DNA from: Candidatus Altimarinota bacterium | GTDB lineage: Bacteria > Patescibacteriota > Gracilibacteria > 1-14-2-50-48-13 | DNA: 64,000 nt | Assembly: GCA_046314355.1 (NCBI GenBank) | Contig: JBKBWQ010000001.1 | Coordinates: 1 to 64,000 of the forward strand | Direction of reading: 5' to 3' | Shown: piece after piece, positions 9,811-18,696 of the stretch | Position numbering within the stretch: the stretch's first letter is position 1 | Layout of the letters: every line of letters starts with the position of its first letter | Notes under the pieces: model-generated | What the model was told of the DNA's origin: nothing | The model's database searches: none | What the model saw: only the letters and a program-made list of their open reading frames with translations | Translations under genes and position numbers: made by a program

Positions 9811-10545
9811 ATGGCAGATGTCCAAATCCAAGAACTATTTGATAAGGGGGTACAGTACGGACACCGCCGATCAAAATGGAACCCAAAAATGAAGAAGAAT
9901 ATCTATGCTGAAAAGGATGGAATTCATGTAATTAACCTTGAAAAGACAAAGGAATCTATCGAGAAGGCTTGTGCATTCTTGAAAGTTGCTGCTCAGTCTG
10001 GAAAGAAGCTCCTCTTTGTAGGAACTAAGCCTCAGGCAAGCACGCTTATTTCAAATCTTGCAAAGGATCTTAATGCATCTTATGTAAGTCAGAAATGGCC
10101 AGCAGGACTTCTCACAAACTGGGATGTTTTCTCAAAGAGAGTACGGTATCTTAAGGATCTACGAGCTCGAATGGAGAGTGGAGACCTTGATGAAAAGTAT
10201 ACAAAGAAAGAAGTATCACGATTTAAGAAAGAGATTGAGAAGCTTGAGACTACTCTTGGAGGTGTTGAAAAAATGGGAGGTATGCCAGATGTCCTCTTCG
10301 TAATCGATCCATTTAAAGAAACTCTTGCCATTAAAGAAGCAAGACTTAAGAAGATCCCAATAGTTGCTATGGTAGATACTAATGGAAACCCTGATTATAT
10401 TGACTACGTGATCCCGGCAAACGATGACAGTATGCAGTCTATCAATCTTATCCTCGGATATATTAAAGATGCATGCAGAACTTCTGGAACTGCAGCAGCT
10501 CCAAAGGCGAATGTAAAGAAAATGGATAATGAAGCAGCTGCGTAA
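9811..10545 (+). CDS. rpsB: 30S ribosomal protein S2
   Basis: GVQYGH...WNPKM, LFVGTK, DTNGNPD, PANDDS. Confidence 0.98.
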   Translation: MADVQIQELFDKGVQYGHRRSKWNPKMKKNIYAEKDGIHVINLEKTKESIEKACAFLKVAAQSGKKLLFVGTKPQASTLISNLAKDLNASYVSQKWPAGLLTNWDVFSKRVRYLKDLRARMESGDLDEKYTKKEVSRFKKEIEKLETTLGGVEKMGGMPDVLFVIDPFKETLAIKEARLKKIPIVAMVDTNGNPDYIDYVIPANDDSMQSINLILGYIKDACRTSGTAAAPKANVKKMDNEAAA

Positions 10546-10584
10546 GTAGAGCATCATACTTCTGAATCTTAACCGCTTCTTTGA

Positions 10585-10956
10585 ATGGAGAATGAAAATT
10601 CCCAAGTCCCGGCAGCTCCTGTAGCTGATGCTACGCAAGCAGCACCGGTAGAAAATATCCCTCAGATAACAGAGTCAGAAAAAATGGTAGCAGCCATTGG
10701 ATACGTAAGTTTTCTTTGTCTGCTTCCGCTTATACTCAAGCGTGATAGTAACTTTGCGCAGTTTCATGGCAAACAAGCTCTCCTGCTTGCAATATTTTGG
10801 TTCGCAGCACGCTACTTCCTGATGTTCATCCCTTTCTTAAGCTATTTTCAGCTTCTGGAACCGATAGTCATCGTATATTGTATGTATTCTGCGTATCAGG
10901 GAAATTACTTTAAGATCCCGATCCTGGGTGACGAAGCGGAAAAACTCAGATTCTAA
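10585..10956 (+). CDS. DUF4870-like small membrane protein
   Basis: AAIGY....L.PL......F..FHGKQA...AYQG..FKIP.LG pattern. Confidence 0.75.
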   Translation: MENENSQVPAAPVADATQAAPVENIPQITESEKMVAAIGYVSFLCLLPLILKRDSNFAQFHGKQALLLAIFWFAARYFLMFIPFLSYFQLLEPIVIVYCMYSAYQGNYFKIPILGDEAEKLRF

Positions 10957-10986
10957 ACTTTTAAATCTTTTTCAACTATATATATC

Positions 10987-11766
10987 ATGGAAATCAGCGC
11001 AAAGGCAGTAATGGAATTAAGAGCAAAAACTAACGTAAGTATGATGGCTTGTAAAAAAGCTCTTGTACAGGCAAACGGAGATCAGGACGCAGCTATTGAT
11101 ATCCTTAGAAAATCAGGAGAAGCAAAAGCTCTTTCTAAAGCAGATCGAGAGACACATGAGGGTATTATTACTGCATACATTTCTTCAGATAATAAAAAAG
11201 GAGTACTTACACAGGTACTTTGTGAGACTGACTTCGTAGCACGAAGCGATGACTTCATCAATATGGCTGAGGACATCACAAATCATGCTTCAAAGGACGG
11301 AACTGAGGCTGCTAAGGCAGCAGCTGTTGAAAAACTTCAGCAGGCAGTGATCACTCTTGGAGAAAATATCCAGCTTGAGAATGTGGAAGAGCTTACAGGA
11401 GACTTTGTTGGAATGTATATTCATGCAAATAAGAAAGTAGGAGCAATTGTATCTTTTGAAGGAAATATCTCTGAAGAGGCTGCACGAGACGTAGCTATGC
11501 AGGTTGTTGCATCTCAGCCACAGGTAGTAAATCCTGAGGACATGGATTCATCTCTTGTAGAGAAGGAAGCAGAGATCGCAAAGGAGCAGCTCCGAAAGGA
11601 AGGAAAACCTGAGGCTATGCTTGATAAGATTATTGAAGGAAAACTCAAGAAATTTAGAGAAGAGAACGCACTTCTTACACAGGCATTTATCAAGGATCCA
11701 AGCAAGCAGGTAAAGGATACACTTGGTGGAGCGAAGATTATGAAGTTTGTGAGATTTGCAGTGTAG
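10987..11766 (+). CDS. tsf: Elongation factor Ts
   Basis: VMELRAKT..SMMACKKAL, CETDFVA. Confidence 0.97.
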   Translation: MEISAKAVMELRAKTNVSMMACKKALVQANGDQDAAIDILRKSGEAKALSKADRETHEGIITAYISSDNKKGVLTQVLCETDFVARSDDFINMAEDITNHASKDGTEAAKAAAVEKLQQAVITLGENIQLENVEELTGDFVGMYIHANKKVGAIVSFEGNISEEAARDVAMQVVASQPQVVNPEDMDSSLVEKEAEIAKEQLRKEGKPEAMLDKIIEGKLKKFREENALLTQAFIKDPSKQVKDTLGGAKIMKFVRFAV

Positions 11767-11775
11767 TAAATAATA

Positions 11776-11807
11776 GCATGTCATTCCGGGCTTGACCCGG
11801 AACCTAA
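11776..11807. repeat. REP-like palindrome gcatgtcattccgggcttgacccggaacctaa
   Basis: 31/32 match to reverse complement of 36402-36433. Confidence 0.85.
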
Positions 11808-11835
11808 AAGCTCTATCGAAAGGTAGAGCTTTTTT
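11806..11835 (+). terminator. Intrinsic terminator after tsf
   Basis: aaaagctctatc-gaaa-ggtagagctttttt. Confidence 0.8.
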
Positions 11836-11952
11836 GTCGCTAGGCAAGATTTATTTCTACAAATACGACTTTTAGTTATGGTATTAATAAAAGAAGGTGA
11901 CATTGTCTTTGCTGGAAAGCGTAATCGTTCCTTCTTACTAAAGACATAAATA

Positions 11953-12145
11953 TTGACTAATCTAATTAATCAGCTAAGATGCGCTAGATTTCGCGAAAAA
12001 TAGAGAGTTGTGATCATTGAAAAATAGAAATGCTTACGGCAAGTATCTAGTGATTTATTGCAAAATAGAACCCTAGACTACTGGTACCTTGCAGTAAGCG
12101 GTAGTAGTAAGGTTTATTAAATATTATTATATTGGAGGAATTTCA
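11953..12145 (+). promoter_or_regulatory. Sigma70 promoter, structured 5' leader and SD of orphan cassette 1
   Basis: TTGACT-N16-TAAGAT; cgctagat...atctagtg closing helix; GGAGG 7 nt before ATG. Confidence 0.65.
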
Positions 12146-12628
12146 ATGAAAAAATTATTAGTACCTATCTCTATCTTTAGTATCGTTAGCTGTACGCCAG
12201 CAGCACCAAATCTACAGGAACTAAAAGCTCCTATTGTAGTAGCTGCAGCAAAGGATTCTCCTCAAGGAGTTCGTCCTCTTGGAGTAAATCAGATCATAGG
12301 TAAAATCACCCTGAGTGGAGCTAGAGATCTTGAGCAATTAAAAGTGAAAGTTCCTACAGAATTTTCAAATATTAAAGTGTTTCAAGGACCAACTCAACTC
12401 AGTGCCACAGCAGCTCTTCCCGGATTTGATGGAATTATTGCTTTCAGTATGGAGCAGATGATCCCCGACGGTACTAATAAGGAAATTATTATCAGGGCTG
12501 ATACTGACCGGATACAGAAGGATCCTATATCTGGTCAGAGAGAGGTAGTAATACAAATTTATTCAATTAAAGAGAAAGGAAAGGAAGAGAAAATTTTAAA
12601 CCTTGCATTACCGAAAGTGCTTTACTAG
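12146..12628 (+). CDS. Hypothetical lipoprotein (possibly Ig-like beta fold)
   Basis: MKK-hydrophobic-IVSC lipobox-like signal; strong SD. Confidence 0.75.
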   Translation: MKKLLVPISIFSIVSCTPAAPNLQELKAPIVVAAAKDSPQGVRPLGVNQIIGKITLSGARDLEQLKVKVPTEFSNIKVFQGPTQLSATAALPGFDGIIAFSMEQMIPDGTNKEIIIRADTDRIQKDPISGQREVVIQIYSIKEKGKEEKILNLALPKVLY

Positions 12629-12640
12629 CACGAGGTACCT

Positions 12641-12669
12641 AAAGGGACTGTATTTTTACAGTCCCTTTT
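12641..12669 (+). terminator. Intrinsic terminator of cassette 1
   Basis: aaagggactgta-tttt-tacagtcccttttt. Confidence 0.85.
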
Positions 12670-12727
12670 ATATTTGGGATTTTTTCAGTCTCATTCTCAA
12701 TGAATATAACTATAATCATCATTTCTC

Positions 12728-12794
12728 CACTTAAGCTAAGAATACTAATCCTCAGCTTACCTCAAGTCGAAACTCGAAAAAATAAAAGAACTCC
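12728..12794 (+). repeat. 67-bp direct repeat, left copy (duplicate of the O-methyltransferase 5' end with ATG changed to AAG)
   Basis: 63/67 identical to 23911-23977. Confidence 0.9.
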
Positions 12795-13012
12795 ACATAT
12801 AGAGTATCTCTACCTTCTTTTAAACCTCTGTCAGCATTTCTTGACAGCACAATAAAAAATAATTTCTTGTTTTGTATGTGCGTGAGAGTATACCTAGACA
12901 TGTTTAATATTTATGATAATACGTTATTAAAATTGAATCTTTAAAAACTACGACAGTCCATCCGGGAGAAAGACAGGAAAGCACAGAAATCTTAAAGAAT
13001 ACTTTTGTTGAA

Positions 13013-13495
13013 GTGTATGCATCTCTTGTCCGAGATCAGGTACATGAGACTGTAAAAGATATCGATGCAGAATTGAATTCGCTCAGAATACAAATGTTTT
13101 CTTTAGCTCAGCAAATAAATATGCTGGATGAGGGGAGAGATTATCTTCTGCAGAGAATTCTTAGGGAGAGATCTCTGGAGAGAGTGATCACGTATGTACA
13201 TAAGGAGTATGCCGATCGTGGTGATGAGCCTGAATTCAAATCTTTCTATATAAATTTTGAACTATATAAAGGCGATGATCATGAGAAAATTATAGGGTTG
13301 CTCGATAGGTCTGATTGCTATGAAGATACTACAATTGTGAGTGAATCTGAGAATGATGCCGTATTTTATGAACTTATTGAAAAATTTACAAAAGAAGGTG
13401 TAGTATTCTACGACGAAGATTTTCAAGTAATAGATGTAAATATGCTGAGAAAGAAGTGGAATGAGAGTGCCGCAGGGGATGGGGATAAATATTAA
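13013..13495 (+). CDS. Hypothetical acidic protein (start uncertain; frame open back to about 12920)
   Basis: 160-aa ORF; no motif recognised. Confidence 0.6.
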   Translation: MYASLVRDQVHETVKDIDAELNSLRIQMFSLAQQINMLDEGRDYLLQRILRERSLERVITYVHKEYADRGDEPEFKSFYINFELYKGDDHEKIIGLLDRSDCYEDTTIVSESENDAVFYELIEKFTKEGVVFYDEDFQVIDVNMLRKKWNESAAGDGDKY

Positions 13496-13659
13496 AGTAA
13501 AAAAGATAGGACAGATAAGTCTGATGCTATTCTCGTACAATGATTCTTGATCAAAATCTTTAAGAGCACATCGTATATTTAATGCGTGGTGCTCTTTTTT
13601 CATAATGATAGGGATAGAAATATGCTATACTATTCTGATATATCAGTTTTTATACATAT

Positions 13660-14505
13660 ATGCTCAACGAATATTCCTTTCTGGAAAAAATGGGACTTCA
13701 TAAAAATGAAGTAAAGTTATACCTACAGGGACTTGCTATAGGTACTCAAGCTACAAGCGTGTTTGCTAAGAAAACCGGTCTTCCTAGGTCCACAACTCAG
13801 CTCTATCTGCAAAATCTCGTGAAGCTTGGATTTATGTCAAAAACACTTCGTGCAGGAGTGCAGTATTTCACACCGTTCCCTCCCTCTGAGATTGAGAACA
13901 TCATAGATAGCAAAAAGGAAGAGTTAAATGTAATAGGAAATACACTGACAAATATGCTACCTCTTCTCAAGAGTCATCAAAATACGGATTATAATATGTC
14001 CCGAATGACTGTATTTGAAGGAAAGCTTGGAGTACAAAAACTCTTTAAAGATATTGTAGCAACAGGTAAAGAAGTTCTCGTATTTAAATCTCCCTTATAT
14101 CATTTTGATAATCCGGCTCTCCGTAAGATGACGGAATCCTTTATGCTCGAATTGAAGAGAAACGAGATTCCAGTGCGAGCCCTTACTCCAAAAGCCAAAA
14201 AACATAGTGCCGAGTATAGTATAAGCCAAGCTGAATATTATGGTTTTCAAAGACGTTTTATAGAGATGGATATCTATGAATTACCATGTCAGATTTTTGC
14301 CTATGGTGATAAATTGGGAATTATTACAAATGATAGTGAAATACAATGTGTAGTGATCCAAGAAAAATTTCTTACGACGCTCATGTATAGACAGTTTGAG
14401 TACCTATGGTCGGCAGCACTGCCATATCATAAAAAAGTACTAAAGGATGATGATCTTGAAAAGCATGAAGAGCCGTACCGAAAATTCATTCATCCTGAAG
14501 AATAG
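13660..14505 (+). CDS. TrmB-family transcriptional regulator
   Basis: LEKMGL..NE.KLYL..L..G...S..AKKTGLPRST...L..L...G wHTH; FEGK.G.. effector-domain start. Confidence 0.85.
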   Translation: MLNEYSFLEKMGLHKNEVKLYLQGLAIGTQATSVFAKKTGLPRSTTQLYLQNLVKLGFMSKTLRAGVQYFTPFPPSEIENIIDSKKEELNVIGNTLTNMLPLLKSHQNTDYNMSRMTVFEGKLGVQKLFKDIVATGKEVLVFKSPLYHFDNPALRKMTESFMLELKRNEIPVRALTPKAKKHSAEYSISQAEYYGFQRRFIEMDIYELPCQIFAYGDKLGIITNDSEIQCVVIQEKFLTTLMYRQFEYLWSAALPYHKKVLKDDDLEKHEEPYRKFIHPEE

Positions 14506-14535
14506 TCTCCTTTCGAAAGTAAGAAGGATACAATC

Positions 14536-17190
14536 CTACCAATAGGGACTTATATCTCCTATGACAAGTCCGCGAGTAAGTGTATCATTTGTAATAGCAT
14601 TTTTCGTATTAAATTTATAATTCTTCATAAGATTTAATACATATGGGAGGGTAGAGGATGAAGGACGGTAGTGACCTGATCCATTGTTGATTTCTACAAG
14701 TTCCCATGCTTTCGGAGTAAGAGTATTATTCCACATCTCCCATGCTTTTATATCGTTAAACTGTTTTTGATGTTTTTTAAATACGAATTCTCCTGCACCA
14801 AAAACATTATGTCCACCGGCAATCACACTATGGGGTGGACGGCGGGTAGCATTTTCACTGAGATTTTCTTCTAATATTTTAATGGTTTCATCCCAGGAGA
14901 CAGTATAGATAAATTTCAGTATATCCTGGTCAATAATCTTTGATATGCGCACTGCTATTTTATTATACTCACTTTTGTTTCCCAGTATTTCAGTAAGAAT
15001 TTCAAGTTTATTCTCGAGATATTCTTTTTCTTCTTCATACTCTCGAGCGAGCGGGAGAGTATGATCCTTCTTTAAAACATCTGATAGGGTTTTATAATTC
15101 TTGATGAGCGTTTGAAGTTTTTGTACTTTTCTCGCATAATTTTCTTTTACTTTTGCAGCTGTCTGCATTTTCTTTGTATAATGCTTTTTCTGTCCGTTAA
15201 AACTTATAGACTTAAGTCCTTCTTTTTCTGCTTCTGAGAGGTACTCTTCATTTATATGCATCCATATTTCTCTCTCAACACGGGAAGTATTTTCACGCAA
15301 AAGATTCAGTATGATTTGATTCATACCTTCCAAGGTGACATGAGACTTTGACACTGTTCTTTTATCTTTCGGATCAAAAATTTCACAAACAATTTTTCTT
15401 TGGCTCTCTCTCTTTTCTAAAATCTCAGGTAATTGCTGAACATATTGAAATTGATTTGAATCATAGTAGGATAATCCTCCAAATTTTATCTCTCGGATTA
15501 CATCCATAATGATATGTTGTATATCCAGAGCAATTCCCTCATCTTTTCCAGTATATCCTTTTTCTTTTCGAGAGGGAAAATGAGATACAGTTTTCATCTT
15601 CTTTTGAAAGTCCTGAATCTTATGTACATAGTCTACGGTTTTCTTAAGTACAGTTTCTAAATCCTTTTCAGGAATAGCATACGCCTCTTTTGCTCTTGTG
15701 AGATGAGGGTTCTGTGTCAGAAAGTTTTGTAGATTTTCAATAGCTTGGCCAATACTCTCTTCAGAAGAATCGGTACTAAATACGTCATGAGCATTATTTA
15801 GATTTATTATCTGATTTGAATGTTTTTTTACGAGCTGCTCCCAGATAGATTTATTCTTCTCTTTCTCATAAATGTTATAGAGATCATTATCTATAATACC
15901 GAGCGAATTATTCAAAAAAGGTTTTACATCAGAAGAGAAATACTCGTCTTTAAAGGAAAAAAGAACTTGTAGGATAGAGCTGTCATAGATTGCTTCCTGA
16001 AGACCTGCAATGACTTTTTTATCTTCTTCCGTATAGAGCATGTCGTCATTATGAAATCGTAGACCTTTTCGATGCTTTAGTGCTTTCTTCAAGATAAATC
16101 GATAATCATTTCCTGAAGGGAGTTTGAGGTTATAGATGATTTCAACATGCGGAAGATGTCCTAGATCACCTATCCCTGAACCCGTAGCCCACTTTAAAAA
16201 ATTCATATCGATAAGACCATTGGCTTCTAAAGTACATCCTGCGACTAAATCATGCTCTACTGCATAATTATATTTGAGAAGCTGATTAAAGTGATGTGGA
16301 TAATGTCCAAGTGTATTGCGACCATAGGTTTTGATTTCATAGATATAGGGCATGGTCTTCTCCGGTTGTTCACGTATCATGGGAACATCAAATCTCACTT
16401 CACTATTTCGTTGTGCCTTATAGCCTCCTTTGAGGAGTTCAGTTACGATAATTAGTGCAAAGGGAGGAGCCTTAAAAACATCTGTAAGAACCTTAGGAGA
16501 TACACCCTCATGAGCAGTCCAGCCCCCATCTGCATAAGAAAAAGCACTCAAAAATCTTGCCTTCTGTCTCTCGGGAAGTTTCTCTGCGAGTTGCTCAGGC
16601 CCGGAGAAAGAACGTAAAAATTCCTCAATACCTTCAAATGTAAATTCTAAAGGAGGAAGGCTCGTCGTTATTTTTTCTAAACCTTGTTCCGTAAGCTTAT
16701 TGATCCGTGTAATTTCAAAGAGTGCACCGTGTAATAGTCCTGATTTATCTAGAGCATTCGAGAGTTTATGTATGGATGATTTTATCTGTTTATAAAATTT
16801 TTCCTGTAAATGAATAGGTAGTTTTGCATAGGCATGTTGGAATTTGTCTGCAAGTTCCTGTTCAATTTCCTCCTCGGATGAGAGAGTATCTTCCAAAAAC
16901 TTTTTGTAATCAACGGGTATTTGATTCTTTGTCTCTCGCAGCTGTGTTAAAAGGATATTTCTATCCTTCTCCAATTCTGCTATTGCACTTGGTTTGGTAC
17001 CTTTTGAATTTTTATTATTTCTATAATATGACTCTATTTCTGAACTTACATTGTAGAGACGGGCTGCAATATCATTGATAATAGTTTCAATATTTTTTTT
17101 ACCATCTACTAAATTTCTATCAACTTCACGTACTAGTTGATCTTCTAAACTCACAGATTCAGATACAATTTGTTTAGTTTGAATTTTCAT
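14536..17190 (-). CDS. Large hypothetical protein with PD-(D/E)xK-like motif and C-terminal HS...AGE...N.SGHY.P domain
   Basis: 884-aa ORF; RFDVP...YEIKTY...NQLLKY; HSVIAGGHNVFGAGEF...INNGSGHYRP. Confidence 0.75.
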   Translation of the reverse strand: MKIQTKQIVSESVSLEDQLVREVDRNLVDGKKNIETIINDIAARLYNVSSEIESYYRNNKNSKGTKPSAIAELEKDRNILLTQLRETKNQIPVDYKKFLEDTLSSEEEIEQELADKFQHAYAKLPIHLQEKFYKQIKSSIHKLSNALDKSGLLHGALFEITRINKLTEQGLEKITTSLPPLEFTFEGIEEFLRSFSGPEQLAEKLPERQKARFLSAFSYADGGWTAHEGVSPKVLTDVFKAPPFALIIVTELLKGGYKAQRNSEVRFDVPMIREQPEKTMPYIYEIKTYGRNTLGHYPHHFNQLLKYNYAVEHDLVAGCTLEANGLIDMNFLKWATGSGIGDLGHLPHVEIIYNLKLPSGNDYRFILKKALKHRKGLRFHNDDMLYTEEDKKVIAGLQEAIYDSSILQVLFSFKDEYFSSDVKPFLNNSLGIIDNDLYNIYEKEKNKSIWEQLVKKHSNQIINLNNAHDVFSTDSSEESIGQAIENLQNFLTQNPHLTRAKEAYAIPEKDLETVLKKTVDYVHKIQDFQKKMKTVSHFPSRKEKGYTGKDEGIALDIQHIIMDVIREIKFGGLSYYDSNQFQYVQQLPEILEKRESQRKIVCEIFDPKDKRTVSKSHVTLEGMNQIILNLLRENTSRVEREIWMHINEEYLSEAEKEGLKSISFNGQKKHYTKKMQTAAKVKENYARKVQKLQTLIKNYKTLSDVLKKDHTLPLAREYEEEKEYLENKLEILTEILGNKSEYNKIAVRISKIIDQDILKFIYTVSWDETIKILEENLSENATRRPPHSVIAGGHNVFGAGEFVFKKHQKQFNDIKAWEMWNNTLTPKAWELVEINNGSGHYRPSSSTLPYVLNLMKNYKFNTKNAITNDTLTRGLVIGDISPYW

Positions 17191-17420
17191 GACTCTCTTA
17201 TATCAATTTACCTAAAAGTTATCACACTATTTATAGTCATAGTATTATATCATGGAGAGAGAAAATTTGATATGTTATGGCTTTGTTTTATGAATATATT
17301 TTCTCTTTAAACTATGATAGTGCCACTAATTAATGCTGTCAGTAGAAATATGTGTTTACAGTAAATAGACTACGTGATTTGACACGTATATCCTGTATAT
17401 TTTTATAATATAATTATTTC

Positions 17421-17609
17421 TGATACTATGCCGTTGTCTTCAATGAAGGGAATAGAAATATTCGCCGTCAGAGAGATTTCAGTTGATCTTTCACAACGAG
17501 GGAAAAATAATCTAAAGCAGAAATGCCCGGACGATTGTGATATATTGAAATGTACCATTGAAGCAATAATTATGTATGTATTTTACCTCTGTGAGGTTAG
17601 GAGAACGAT
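17421..17609 (+). promoter_or_regulatory. Promoter, four-way-junction leader motif (copy A) and SD of cassette 2
   Basis: TG-a-TACTAT extended -10; 32 nt identical to 23036-23067; AGGAG before ATG. Confidence 0.75.
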
Positions 17610-18383
17610 ATGACTCAGAATTTAAATATTACCGCTATTACTGAAGAACTCAAAGTGTATGGTGAGAATCATAAATTAAGAGGACTTGAAGGCCGTATTT
17701 TTAGAGGGCTTGATATTGCAGGAATGCTTGCTGTAGAGACTACAAGGAAACTTGCAGAACAGATAGCAGATAAAATGCAGGTTTCAATGAGTGATCTTGA
17801 AAAAGTTACCAATGAACTTCATGTGGGTACCATTTGGGAATACTCTGATAAATTTCTCAGCAGCAAGGATGCCGCGGTAAATGTATGGATGATCCTTGCC
17901 GAGAGATGTATAGGGCCAAAAATAAAACCTGGCGACCTATCCTCTGAAGAATTTATCGAAGATACAAAGAGAGTTATCACTGAACTCAGTGAAGCAGCAG
18001 AGGATCCGCAGACATTTTTAACTCAAGCTGTTGAAAACCAGGTTATACAGGCTAAAAAAGGCTTTGAGATAGTGGATGGTGTAGCTTTTATAAAGCAGGA
18101 AGGATCCTTCTTACATGCTGCTATTGCTGGTTTGAAATCAGGAATTTCTGAAAGAGTCAGTGATAATGAAACTCTTTTTCACGTGGGAGCTCAGACACTT
18201 GATTTGAATAAGGTTGCGCAGCAGTTTTCTCTTAAAGAAGTCGAAAGAGAAGATCGCGGCAGGGTAGTTACTTTCTATCAGAATAGTGAAGATCAGGATG
18301 TAATCAAAAAATTATATCCGGGTTACGGAATTGTCTTTAACTCTAGGGAAGTCGCTATCGCATTGGCAAAGACTGCATTGTAA
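17610..18383 (+). CDS. Hypothetical protein (257 aa)
   Basis: Long ORF with strong SD; no family recognised. Confidence 0.8.
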   Translation: MTQNLNITAITEELKVYGENHKLRGLEGRIFRGLDIAGMLAVETTRKLAEQIADKMQVSMSDLEKVTNELHVGTIWEYSDKFLSSKDAAVNVWMILAERCIGPKIKPGDLSSEEFIEDTKRVITELSEAAEDPQTFLTQAVENQVIQAKKGFEIVDGVAFIKQEGSFLHAAIAGLKSGISERVSDNETLFHVGAQTLDLNKVAQQFSLKEVEREDRGRVVTFYQNSEDQDVIKKLYPGYGIVFNSREVAIALAKTAL

Positions 18384-18416
18384 ATTATTTTTTCTCGTTG
18401 ATAAGGAGGTGATCAT

Positions 18417-18446
18417 GCCGCTCATAGTATTTGAGCGGCTTTTTTT
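18417..18446 (+). terminator. Intrinsic terminator of cassette 2
   Basis: gccgctca-tagtatt-tgagcggc-ttttttt. Confidence 0.85.
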
Positions 18447-18696
18447 ATACATAGTATATTGAGCAAAGGTATTTTTCTCATAACTTCTCTTTTATTTACG
18501 CTCTTTAATTACTTTATGTTGCCAGAAAAAGTTGGCAGCTCTTTTTAACGTGTATGTACTTACCTTTTTTGCGCTTGACATAATATGCATAAATTATTTT
18601 ACATTGTTATTAATCTAATTATAATCACTCCACTTCTAGTCTATATAGTGCTTAAGAAACATTATAAATAGATATCATATTTAAATAATTACATTT

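Noticed and set aside
17431-17498. Known riboswitch (c-di-GMP-I, yybP-ykoY) because of the GAAA tetraloop and junction
   Set aside because: Conserved signature nucleotides of those families were not found by eye; left as an unknown motif pending Rfam search
17428-17613. 61-aa ORF upstream of 17610
   Set aside because: Its ATG overlaps the -10 box and is ATA in the second motif copy; the region is better explained as a structured leader
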